Positions 13,097 to 25,622 of a stretch of DNA of 64,000 nt are shown here, piece by piece (within the stretch, counting starts at the first letter, position 1; each line of letters begins with the position of its first letter). The stretch comes from Lama glama (Eukaryota). The translations under genes and the position numbers were made by a program. The stretch covers positions 99,512,001 to 99,576,000 of the forward strand of contig CM052817.1 in assembly GCA_028534125.1 (NCBI GenBank). The letters are read 5' to 3'. Below the pieces are notes generated by a model. It did not search any database, had not been told where the DNA came from, and saw only the letters and a list, made by a program, of their open reading frames with translations.

Positions 13097-15484
13097 CACG
13101 AGATCTTTATCTATTCATCTATTGATGGACACTTAGGTTGCTTCCATGTCTTGGATATTGTAAATAGTGCCACTGTGAACACTGGGGTGCATGTATCTTT
13201 TCCAATTAGAGTTTTCTCCAGATACACACCCAGGAGTGGGATTGCTGGATCATATGATAACTCTATTTTTAGTTTTTTAAGGAACGTCTATACTGTTATC
13301 CATAGTGGCTATACCAATTTACATTCTCATCAACAGTGTAGGAGGGTTCCCTTTTTTCCATACCTTCTCCAGCATTTATTATTTGTAGACTTTTTTTGAT
13401 GATGGCCATTCTGACTGGTGTGAGGTATACCTCATTGACATTTTGATTTGCATTTCTCTAATAGTGAGCGATTCTGAGCATCTTTTCATGTGCCTGCTGG
13501 CCATCAATATGTCTTTAAAGAAATGTCTATTCAGGTCCTCTGCCCATTTTTTGATTGGGTCATTTGTTTTTTGTTATTGAGTTGTATGAGCTATTTGTGT
13601 ATTTTGGAAATTAAGCCCTTGATGGTCACATCATTCACAAATATTTTCTCCCAGTCCATAGGTTGTCTTTCCATTCTGGTTTTTGCTTTTAATTCTGTTG
13701 ATATGGTGTATTACATGTATTAACCTGGGGATATTACACCAATTTTACCTTCCTGAAATATAACCCATTTGGTCATGGTGTATAATTCTTTTATATGTTA
13801 CCAAGTTTGGTTTGCTAGTATTCTGATGAGGACTTTTGCATTCATATTCATAAGAGATAGTGAGTTTTAGTTTTCTTTTTGTGATAGCTTTGCCTAGTTT
13901 GTTATCAGGGTACTTATGCCCTTATAGGATGACTTGGAAAGTGTTCCCATATCCTCTATTTTTTGCAATAAACTGGTATTAATTCTTCTTTAAATGTCTG
14001 GTAGAATTCACCAGTGAAGCCATCTGGGCCTTGACTTTTCTTTGTGGGTAGACTTTTTATTACTAATTCAATGTTGGTTTGGGCCTGTTAAGACTGCCTA
14101 TTTCTTCTTGAGTCAGTTTTGGTAGTTAGTGGCTTTATAGGAATCTGTTCATTTCATCTAAGTTACCTAATTTATCTAATTTATTGGCATACAATTGTTC
14201 ATAGCATTCCATTATAATCCTTTTTATTTCTGTAAGGCCAGCAATAATATTACATTTCTGATTCAAGTAATTTGAGTCTTAAAAGAATTTTTTTCTTGGT
14301 CAGTCTAGCTAAAGGTTTGCCAGTTTTGCTGATCTTGTCAAAGGATCAGCTTTTGTTTCTATTTATTTTCTCTATTTTTCTATGCTCCATTTCATTAATT
14401 TCCTCCCTAATCTTTATTATTTCCTTCCTTGCTTGCCTAAGATTTAGTTTGCTCTTCCTTTTAGTTGCTTTCCTTAAGGTAGAAAGTTAAGTTACTGATT
14501 AGAGATCTTTCTTCTCTTTTAATACAGGCGTGTTGGTGATTAAATTATCTCGTAAGTGTTGCTTTTGCTAACTCTGTAAGTTTGGGCATATTGTGCTTTC
14601 ATTTACATGCATCTCAAAGTGTTTTCTAATTTCTCTTTTGCTTTCTTCCTTGACTCTTTGCATATTCATGAGTGTGTTGTTTAATTTCAACATACTTGTG
14701 AGTTTCCCCAATTCCTTCTGTTATTGATTTCTAATTTCACTCCTTTATTTGTTGGAGAACATACTTTATACTATTTCTCTCCTCTGAAATGTACTGAGGT
14801 TTGTTTTATGGCTGAGCGTATAGTCTGTCCTGGAGAATCTCCCATGTGTATTTAAGAAGACTGCATTTTGCTGTTGTTGGGTGGAGTGCTCTATAGACAT
14901 CTATTAGATCTAGTTGGTTTGTAGCATTGTTCAAGTCATCTATTTCTTTATTGCTCTTCTATCCAGTTGTTCTAGCTATTTTTGAAAATAGAATATAGAA
15001 GTATCCAATTATTATTGTAGAAATATTTTTCTCTTCATTTCTGTTAAGTTTTTGCCTTACGTATTTTGATGGTCTGTTGTTGGATGCATGTAAGTTTACA
15101 ATTTTTATAGCTTTCTGATAGATTGACTCTTTTATCATTATGAAATACCCCTCCATCTCTAATAACATTTTTTGCTAAGCTGTTAAGTCTATTTTGTATA
15201 ATATTAGTCACTCTAATTTCTTTTGCTGTTTGCATGATATATCCTTTTCCATTCCTTTATTTTCAATTTATTTGTATTTTTTAATATAAACTGTATCTCC
15301 TGTAGGCAGTATAGTGTTGAATCTTTTGTAAAAATCCAGTCCGACAATGTCTGCCTTTTGACTGGATTGGTTAATCCATTCAAATGTAATGTTATTGGAC
15401 TGCATTTACATTTGCCAGTTTTGTTTTCTATATGTCTCATGTTTTTCGTTCTTCTAACTATTTTTTAGAGCATAAACTAAAAAG

Positions 15485-15488
<4 letters not shown>

Positions 15489-15516
<28 letters not shown>
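15489..15516. repeat. (GT)n microsatellite
   Basis: Visible GT run. Confidence 0.9.
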
Positions 15517-15932
15517 TTCAAGAGGGGTAACCTGAGTTGTTCCCTAGCCAATATAGGCTGAGTTTCCAACCCAATGTTGAATACAGTATCTTTGATACTA
15601 GGTGATGAATACAGCAGAGCCTTGTCCAGTGGTTCTTAAAATGTGGAGCAAGACCAGGAGAGGCAACATCATCTGGGAATTTGTTAGAGGAAAAAAATTG
15701 ATCTCTGCACTCAAAGTTGGGTTTGGATCCCAGCTCCATGTTTACAGCTGTGTGATTTGGGGCGAGTCACTAAACCACTGGGTTTTGTTTTCTTATTTAA
15801 TAATCTTGTCTTACCTCGTTGTTGTGAAGACTGTAAGAGATTAATTGAGATAATGTAAATAATTCTACTACCAGAATAGGACTTCCACAATATTAATTTT
15901 CTTTCTCACTACCATAACATAACAAAAGCTTC

Positions 15933-16205
15933 AGGGGAAAAGGGGTGGGAAGGAAGAAATTTGGGAGTTTGAGATTTGCAAATGTTAACCACTATGTATA
16001 AAAACAGATAAAAAACAAATTTATTCTGTTTAGCACATGGAACTATATTCTGTATCTTGTAATAGCCTTTAATGAAAAAGAATATGATAATGAACATATG
16101 TATATATATGCAAACTGGGACATTATGCTGTACATCAGAAATTGACACACTGTAACTAACTATACTTCAAATAAATAAATTGATTAATTAAAAAGAAAGG
16201 TTTAA
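15933..16205 (+). mobile_element. 5'-truncated L1 3' end
   Basis: ggggaaaaggggtgggaagg...tttgggagtttgagatttgc...aactatacttcaaataaataaat; aaaagcttc repeated on both flanks. Confidence 0.75.
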
Positions 16206-19200
16206 AAAAAAGCTTCTACCTGTTTTATCCATATTTTCAGTGTAATTACCAGCAGCTTAAATAACTTAAACCACTTCTCATTTTAGCAATTATTGAGAAG
16301 GAAAAATGCAGAAACAGAAATAGGAATAGAAAACATGAGGTTGTGTGGTAGGTTGGCAAAGAAAAAGAGAAATTCAGTCTAAGCTCATCTTTCAAGATGT
16401 CCAGAAAAATTAGGTGGCAATTTAAATACCATATTGGATGCTGATGTACAGTCAAGGCCTGAAATTGTAGCAATTAAAAAAAAAATCACTGTTTCTCTGT
16501 AGTTTTTGCTTTTCCTGAGAGCATGGCAATAATCCTGTGAGGCAGGTAGGGCGGGCATTACTATCTCCATTTTGCAGGGACCTAAAGCTCAGAGGGATTA
16601 AGTGACTTGCCTGTGATTACAGGACTAGTTGGTGGGGAAGCTGGAATTGAAGTCATGTCAGTTAATTGCAAATTACATAGTTATCACAGTTTTTGAGAAG
16701 TTCTCAAAATAAAGAATATACTGAGAGGATAAAGGTCACACTATGTATCTAAATAATACTATTGGATGAATAAATATCTGATTTACAAGTAAAAATCTTG
16801 TTATAATGAACATTACTGCAGAGATCCTATTTAAGAGGGTATCCATGCTATTTGCAATACAGATTTCAGGAGCTGAGGGTAGGAAGTGTATATGTGGATA
16901 TATTATTATGCACAGTCTTTTTAAAGTCTCCATAATTTAACTTGACTATACATGGACTTTATGGTGGTACATATATTGCTGTTTTACTGTACCATTTGAA
17001 TGTGTCATATACTGATTAGGTCAGATGTAAGTGTACAGGACTACGTCACTCAAGCTCCTTAGTATATTAGACCATAAGATTCTTGAGGGCAGCTTATATT
17101 TTATACGCCCTGATTTCATAGTACCTACCACTAATGAATGAAATAAATATACATGTGTAAGTAAATGCACTTAAAAAAATTACTCTTTATTTACTCCTCT
17201 CTTGTCAAAAGCACCTTTCTCTATTTTTGACCTATTGTCTCCTGTTAGGCAAAAATATTTCCACCTAGGCCCAGACTAAATTCCCTCCAGAACCAAAATC
17301 CTTTCTTCCCTGGACCAGCGGTTTATCCCTTAAACGACAGTTCAAAGCAACTCTCAGTCATTTGAACCCTATGTTGGGATCCCTTGAACTGTTCACACAA
17401 ATTTGCTTACCATCATTTCCATTAGCCCACTCAGTTCTTATGAACCAAGTTCATGATCAAAATCAGCCCATTCAAGGTTCTTTCTGGTGCTCCCTGATTC
17501 CAAGCCTTTTATATCTGCAGCACCTTTCATGCATTCATGATTGTACTCCATATTTTAATAGAGAATGGTTATCCAGTTAAGAAAAAAATGAAGTCTATAT
17601 AATTCTTATTTATGCTTGTAAATGTATTGCTAATGAGTAGCTGTTCGAAATAATGTCCCTTTTGGGGTATAAGGGTGAGAGGAATAGGAAAAAAGAAACA
17701 AACTTTGTTTTGAACACCTACTTTGCATCACTTTCCATGCACTTAATTTTCAAAAGTAATTTACAAGTAAGGCGGACAGAGACAAATTATTCATAAATAT
17801 GCATTCTTCCCTTTTTGAAAAGTAATAGAATGCTTGGGCACATGGCTATCTAGCTAAGGTCTACATCTCCCAGCCTCTCTTACGGCTAAGTATGTCAAAG
17901 TTATACGAGCAGAGTGGATGTGTGGAACTTGTATATGGTATTCTGCAAGTAAAGGAATACGCCTTCCTCTTTGCTTTTTCCTCTCCTTGCTGGATTAAGT
18001 GTTAACTTTTCATTTGGGCCACACAAATGAAAGTAACATGTAGATGGCAGAATAATCTGAGTGATGAAACCTTTGAAATCTAAGTCCCCAGTAGCATGGA
18101 GCTGATGCATCAGCCCTGGACTGTATATGCTTGGACTGTCACATAAGTAAGAAATAATTTTCACCTTGTATATGCCACTATTTTTGAAGTCCTGTTATGA
18201 TTCCTGAATCAAGTTGTTGCTTATCTCCCTGTGCAAGCTACAAGAGTGGTACTCCCTGGAGCTGCGCAACATGGCGGCCTTGAACTCAACTTCCAGCTAA
18301 TAGAGTAAGGTGAAGACAAGTTCAGAAAGATTAAAAACTTTCCTGAAGTTAAACTGCTATGTGATAAGGTGAGACTGACCTCAGATCTACATGATACCAA
18401 ATGGTGACAATACTAGACTCCATGCTAGGTTTTCACTTTGTGAGATGCTGACGTCCCAAAGAAAAGTCCCACTACCTGCAGTCTTACAGTGTGAGGGAAG
18501 TGGTTACAATTCCCACCTAAAGCCAGTAACAACAGCTGTGCGGGTACAAAAAAATGTGAGTGTCCCTAGGACGTGTGCTGTTCTTAGTGACAGCAATGGT
18601 AATAAGGAATCCTGTTTGATTGTCGTCCTACTGTACTTCTGTGATGACACTAGTATCACCGTGTACAGATTTAATCTCAGCTGTCCTTCTCAACTCTCTT
18701 GCTTTGCTTCCTGGATAAGTTCCTTCTTCCTATCTGTCATCCATGCCAAACCACACAGGCTGAGTTAGGCAGGGGAAGCGATTCCAGCAGGAGTAACACT
18801 TGACATTTAACAAGGTTGAGGGTAGAGAGGTGTTGACATGAGTGTGAGTGGGCAGCTGAGGAAAAGCTAGATAATAAATGTGACATTTATTTTGGAGAGA
18901 CAGAGAAGAGGAGTGTTAACAGTTACTGAGTCCCACTATGTGTTAATCCCTGTGCTAGGCTTCTAATGTATACTGTGTCATTTGAACTTCACAGTAACCG
19001 CAGGAGGTAGGTATTTTTCCCACTTACCAGTGAAAAAACAAAGACAATATAAGGTCACATAGTAGGTGGCAGAGCAATGATGTAAAATCAGGACTGACTT
19101 CAAAATCCATGTTCTTTCCACTGCATCTTGTGGCCTTTAAACTTGTAAAGTCCTTTCAAAAACTTTATTTGCTCATTTTCAGATACATCATCTTCCCTAT

Positions 19201-22200
19201 ACAACTTGGAAGAGCATCTTGGTACTGGAAGGTATTTTCCAGGTCTTTAATGTGTCTGGCATGCCCAATAAGACATTCTGCAGCTCTCAGCCGATCCAGC
19301 TGATCCTCTGTTGTGGTACAGCAAACGGTGCCAACTGGCAACAAGATAAGGAGCTTAAGCCAGAATGCAAATCAGCGTACTACTTCCTTAACAGACAAAA
19401 TTTCACTACGGAAAAAAAACAGTCACCTGAACTTAACAGTGTGTTCAGTGACGTAACTGATTTCATTCTGTCAAAAGCTCTTTATCTCTTTGCCAACTGA
19501 TAATAGTTCACTGACAGGTACTATTCTGATCACTGTGCTTTGCGAGGAAATAGAGCACATTTTCCTAATCCCACCTGGGACACCTCTACGAGGAGAACTC
19601 ACTGCTATATACTATTTTCACTTTCTAAATAGAAATGAAAGGAGAAAAGACAAATTTCCAAAGAAAATGTGCCATACAAGTCATTTAAGACTAGCATACA
19701 AAGAGAGATGTTTAGGACAGTCTCTGCCTTCTTCCCAGGAGGGGATGGGGTAGGGAAGCATCAATTAAAAAACAAAAATCATTATAATCAAACGTGATTA
19801 TCCTTGATTCCTCTTTCTCTTCCCACACCTATTCATCAGCAAATCTTTTTGGCTCCTATCCTCAAAACATAACCAGAATTTCCACTACATCCTTCCACCT
19901 AGGGCACCTGCACTTCACATGCCCAGAGGATGTTATCTGCATTTTAGTCTCCATCAGTGGTGTCCTGTTTCCACGGCTCTCCACCCGCCACACGTCCTCC
20001 CTACTTCCCTAGACCGAGCTGCCGTCACCTGGTTTTAACTTCTCCTTGATTCTACTCTTGCTCTACCACACTGAGTTCTCCACACAGCAGCCAGTGTCAC
20101 ACTGCTGCTCAAAATCTTCCAAGGGCTTCTCATCCCACACAGAAAAACACCCAGAGTCCTGACTGCAACCTGCAAGCCCCTATGTTATCTGAATTACATC
20201 ATTTTCTTTTTAAAAGTGATGGGGGTTAGGCTGAGTTGGGGACAGGAGAAGCACGGTGAAGGACTGGAATAGTCAGACATGGAGAGAAAGAGGAAGGCGA
20301 GCTGACAGGTAAAAGGATCATCAGAGACCCAAGACCCAGCTGAGATGTGACACCATTAATTTCTAATAGTTTGAGTCTGAAATATGTGGTTTTCTCTAAC
20401 CATGCCATGAGGGTAGATGGAAGGGAAGAGAAAATGCGTGTTAGTTTTTGCTGCAAATCAAATTCTCCCAACACTGAATGACTTAAAACAATGAGCATTT
20501 ATTATCTGTCAAGATGCTAGGTGTCAGCTGGGTGGTTCTTCTGTTCTGGGCCAGCTCAGCTGGACTAAAATCATCTGGGATGGCCTTATTCAAACACCTG
20601 ATGGTTGGGAGGCTGGTTGTTCTGGGGAGACCTTGGCTGGGACTAGTTATTTCTGCTTCAAATGATCTCTCATTCTCCAGTAAGCTAGCTCAGGCTTCTT
20701 AGCTAAGTGGGCTCAGTGTTTTAAAGAGCAGAAAGAGCAAACCCCATGTGTGCCAGCATTTTTTAAGCCATTGCTCAAGTCATAGTCGCTAATGTTCCTG
20801 GACTAAAGCAAGTCACGCTATCAAGCCCACAGTCAACGTGAGAGGGGACAACACAAGGTCACAGGTACAGGGTGGAGTGAAAAACTGGGGGCAATACCCC
20901 CACAGAAGGTAAGCCGCACGCTGCTCTAGGCTTAGAGTTTTCCGGGCAGGGTCAGACGAGGTTCAGGCTACAAGGAAGTACAGAGCTTCAGTGAAAAAGT
21001 ATGTTGCTCAGATGAACAACCATGGGGCGCAGCTGAGAAGACAAGGAAATAAGATCAGGGGTGTTTACAGACTGGGAGAAAACAATGTTAAAACAATTCT
21101 GGAACCCGTTCCAACATGTGTGTGGAGGGGTGCGTTCCCACACCAAGGAGCAATTCTTGGACACAAGCTAGGTGTCTTACAATTCAACTCAATTCTGACA
21201 CTATCTCCCCACAGCTAGCTAGACAGCGCTAGGTGGACAGGTTACAGGCTCTCTTACAAGACTGCCCAGCCACTTCAGATGCCAATCACAATTATGCTTC
21301 CTGGGTTTACCTCTATATTGAGGATGTCTGAAAGAATAAGGAACTACAAAATGACATAAATTGAACACATGAAACATATACAACATTAAAAACCAATGTT
21401 ATATCAATAAAAAAATTTTTAGGTGGCAAAAACTGAAAAAGAACTAAATAGAACTTTCAGAAATAAACAACAGTATTCAAAATTCAAAAAAAATCACTGG
21501 ATAGATTTAATAGATGAGTCACAGATGGAAAGAAAATTAATAAAATAATATTGACACCTTACTAGGTTTGCTGTATTCTGATATTTTTCTCTTCCATTTT
21601 ATTCTATCTGAATTTTGAGATTCTTAGATGGTTGAGACCCAATAAACTGATTTCATACCTCCCATGCTGTCTTTTCATTTAATTTAACTAAAACTGATGA
21701 TTGCATCATTTAACGTGTCAGGGAAATATAATTTTATTTTAAAAGCTTTCATTACAATACAAATTTGAAGAGTGAAATCCATACCTCTGACAAATCCCTT
21801 AGGTGCTGATGTCTCCAGAATAAACTAGATGCAGTTGACTTCAATAATGCCTCCCGGGTGGCTTTCATTCTTGGGCAGAAATAGGCGTCAGACTAGGAAG
21901 AATGCAAGCTTAGTTTTCATTCTAGAGTAGGTAGCCTGGGCGGTCTATAACATTTTCCATTGGGAAAATTTTAAGCTAGTGAACTGCTATCTAGGTTAAC
22001 TTAGTCAAGGTTACTATAGGCATAGAATCAATACAGAGTTTACTAGACTCAGTATTATATTTGTAAGGGCTCACACAGGCACCCCTCACCTGTGTGGCTT
22101 GTTGTTGCCCATGACAGTGTACTCCTAATAAACTCCTTTCTATTCTTAAAAAATAAATATATATATATTACATTTGGAAGGACTAACTGATTTCCACTGG

Positions 22201-23699
22201 TCACTAGTATTCACTAATCTGCGATGAGACAAACAATGTAAGGTCTATAGAATTTTTCATAACACTGATTTAAATTAAAAGGGCTGTCTTTTCAAAGGAT
22301 ATGTCTTTTTAAATTTTGGGAGTCAAAATAATATTTTAAAATGAAATGATGCCGATAGAAAATGGCAGTTGTTTTTGGTTTTGTTTTATAGATTGGTGGA
22401 ATTTTAAACTTGCAGTCACGTTGGTTCCCAAAATTATTGTGAAAAATATGGGCTGACCTACAAAGTTCAAAAGACTGGGAACACCACCAACGTTGTCTAC
22501 TATTACTTATTCATCCAACAGATATTTTGACGGCCCACCAGGTGCTAAAAAAAAGAGCACAAATAGGAAAATGACTGCATTGTGTGCCCTCCTTACAGTA
22601 AGAAAGGGACACGCTGAATCAATAGTTCTAACAAGTAAAGTAGTGCCAGGTCTTCTGGGAGCAGGTCTGAGGGAAATCCTGTTTGTCTGCGAAATCAATC
22701 TCTTAGTGAAAGAAGAAATGAAGCTGAGTTGTCTTGAAAATGCAGTTATTTGCCTGCTGATGAGGGAAAAGGAATGGAGATAAGAGAAAACCTAGTCCAA
22801 GGAATTTTACATAGTTCTAAACGACCAGAGTTGAGGCATCCACTAAAGACTGAGATATGGTGAGGATGTAAACGGAGGTGAGGAACTCAAGATAAAAAGG
22901 GTTTTGTGGGCTCAGCTTAGGACTTCCAGTTTTAAAAAATATAATTGTGATAAAATATACATACCATAAAATGTACCACTTTAACCGTTTTTCAGTGAAC
23001 AGTTCAGTACTAGTGTTTGGTGTAATTACATTGTCGTGAAATAAGACCTTTGACTTGATCCTGCAAACAACTGAGATTAATGGAAGTCTTGAAAGATTTC
23101 AGGACAGGGCTGGAGATTTAGGATTGTTTTAGAAAGTGAGGGTAGTCGGATGTAAGGGCTGGAGGCTTGGAAGGACTTCAAGGCTTGTGGGAGCAGGTTT
23201 CTGGCTCAGGTACAGGGTTTTTCCCCAGAGGGGAAGTTGGAGAAGGAAACTCAACATACCACTGTCTGAGTACCATGCCTGTGTGGGCCAGCATTCCAGG
23301 GACTGCACACTTGAAGCCAGCAGGCCACCGCTATTTGGGATGTGTATTTCGTTATCCTCTGCAATTGAAAAAACAAAACATCTTTTCTTGAAAAATCAAA
23401 GTATCTGGCAACACGGGAGCCCTAGTCCCTCAGGGAAACAGTGAGTAGAACTCATTCCATTAAAAAAAACAAAACCAAAACCCCTTTTTAATCAATGTAT
23501 AAGACATTTATAGAAAAGTACACAAATTAAGTGCACAGCTTGACGGGTGTTCACAAAGCGAACGTGCCCCGCTAACCAGCGCCCGTATCAACAAGCAGAA
23601 CATGACCAGCATCCCCTCAGTTAAACTGACTGAATCCTGCTAACAATCTTACGAGATAGAACACATTACTGCCTCCATTTCAGATACGGAAACTGAAGC

Positions 23700-24700
23700 A
23701 CTGACAGGTCACGAGGCTAAATATTACTGAAACTAGCATATGAACCTAGACTCGCTGTCTTGTCCCAAATCCCACGCTTTTGAGAAGAAACAGGCGCGAA
23801 AGTGAGACGGTAAGTTCGGCTTCGAAGGACGTCGAGTGCGCGTCCTCTTCCGCGGAAATTTACTTCCGGGCGTCAGAGCCACAGAAACCACCTCAGCTGC
23901 GCCTCTCAAGCGCGGCCTCCCGGCCAGAGGCCGGCAGGTTGCTGCGCAGCCTCCCCACACGTGAGGGCGCTGTCGCAGCTACAGTCGGAGGCGTGCCTCT
24001 CTCTGTTGTCGCGATATTCGTGAGGCCGGAAGAACGTAAGATCGAAGGTCACGTAGACGGCGCGTCCGGCTCCGAACGCCTAAGTTCTCGCGCGAGATAC
24101 ACTTCCGCCCTTTTGGCTCCCTGAGCAGCACCATGGCGGTTGGCAAGAACAAGCGCCTGACGAAAGGCGGCAAAAAGGGAGCCAAGAAGAAAGTGTAAGT
24201 GGTGACTGTTTGTGGCCCCTGCTCTTTGGGGCGCTGTTGGAGTCGGCGGGCGGGTTCTGGGCCGCGGTGTGAGCCGGATGGCGAGGATGTTGGTTGGATT
24301 GCGCGGGCCGTGCCGGGTCGGTAAACCCCGAACCGCGGCCTGGCGGATCTGGGTGCTGCCTTGCGGCAGACCGGGTGCTCTCCCCTTGGCTTTCTGGGCC
24401 TTAGTCGCACCTCTTTTGAGTCTGATTGCCCCCGCGACTCAAGACTAGCGTGTTCCGTGTTGTGGGCTCACGGGTCTCGTAAATTGCACGGGTAATTGAT
24501 GCCACCCCAGGAGCTGGAGATGTGAGAGGCGCTTTTCTTGTCCACACGGAACCCTGTACTCCTCCGCTGCTTAGGCCGGGTGGGACACGGGAGGTCCTAG
24601 TAGGCTAGCACGAGACCCCGAAGAGCCCGGGATGCCAGTGTGTGTCCTCACGTACCAGTAAAGTTGAAGAGATGTGCACGTTGTTTGGAGGCATTGCTGC
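23700..24700. promoter_or_regulatory. CpG island promoter of RPS3A with ETS/GABP-like sites and TCT/5'TOP start
   Basis: High CpG density; ACTTCCG at 23862 and 24101, CCGGAAG near 24025; pyrimidine tract CCCTTTT at 24108-24114, about 25 nt upstream of the ATG; no TATA box seen. Confidence 0.9.
24133..24194 (+). CDS. RPS3A: 40S ribosomal protein S3a (eS1), coding exon 1
   Basis: MAVGKNKRLTKGGKKGAKKKV; donor GTAAGT at 24195. Confidence 0.98.
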
Positions 24701-24904
24701 TGGTGTGGAAGGACCGATGGGGTGAAGAGTACTTCGGTGTCATGACGTATTTACCGAGGTGTCAGATCTGCACAGTGTGAAATACAGTGGGATGAGCTAG
24801 ATTTACCTATGCGCCGCTCCCCTCACTAAGAGGACTAGTTTTCACCAATGTCTACATTCCAGTTTGCTATTTAAAGTAATTAAGATGGGGGAAGTTAAAA
24901 ATAA

Positions 24905-25126
<222 letters not shown>

Positions 25127-25364
25127 TGAAAGAAATGTCAGCTTTTGTTTGAAGCCTCCAGCCCCTTTGGGGCTTGTTTTTCGTACACCACTTGTAGAAG
25201 CAAGGTGCTGTTTTTATAATTACTAGTAAAATGTGCATTAATTTGAGCTTCTGATAAGCACTGTTAGTCATTGGTGTACATATCAATTTGTTTAACAAAA
25301 GTTAAGGTTTTTATAACTTACCATTAATTTTCTAAGCTTAATGCACGAGCATTATCTTTGCTGA

Positions 25365-25622
<258 letters not shown>

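Larger units (their letters stand above)
9590..15450 (-). mobile_element. Large degenerate LINE-1 (3' UTR through ORF2 endonuclease region) with nested younger L1 3' ends and a SINE
   Basis: Minus ORFs 14959-15168 and 15213-15440 give L1 ORF2 endonuclease-like peptides (ITLHLNGLTNPVKRQ, LYCLQE, EGYFIMIK, TIIIGYF); L1 3' UTR restarts near 11075, 12160 and 12740. Confidence 0.85.
338..22600 (+). pseudogene. Putative decayed multi-exon (unitary) pseudogene, stereocilin/otoancorin/mesothelin-like; probably extends 5' beyond the window
   Basis: Series of pyrimidine-tract+AG ... GT bounded segments (338-478, 556-~640, 959-1009, 1229-~1440, 2613-2780, 5050-~5230, 6388-~6570, 6927-7014, 7462-7557, 7774-7809, 7963-~8050, 16241-~16450, 18681-18814, 19183-19517, 21803-21896, 22392-~22600). 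Translations contain stops/frameshifts but show W..L..LG.L.C / GW..Q..L..FL type repeats; family assignment by eye. Confidence 0.6.

Noticed and set aside
17480..17570. SGAP plus hydrophobic tail resembling a GPI signal ending the pseudogene
   Set aside because: Better family-like exons continue downstream to about 22.6 kb, so this is unlikely to be the C-terminus.
19290..19345. IQLILCCG...NW resembling a tetraspanin CCG loop
   Set aside because: No transmembrane-helix exons nearby; flanking segments fit the stereocilin/otoancorin pattern better.
1..23000. LRBA exons or promoter expected by synteny
   Set aside because: No second CpG island or LRBA-like peptide was seen; LRBA presumably lies outside the window.
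23733..24448. Several ORFs overlapping the RPS3A promoter and exon 1
   Set aside because: Expected by-product of the GC-rich CpG island (few stop codons).
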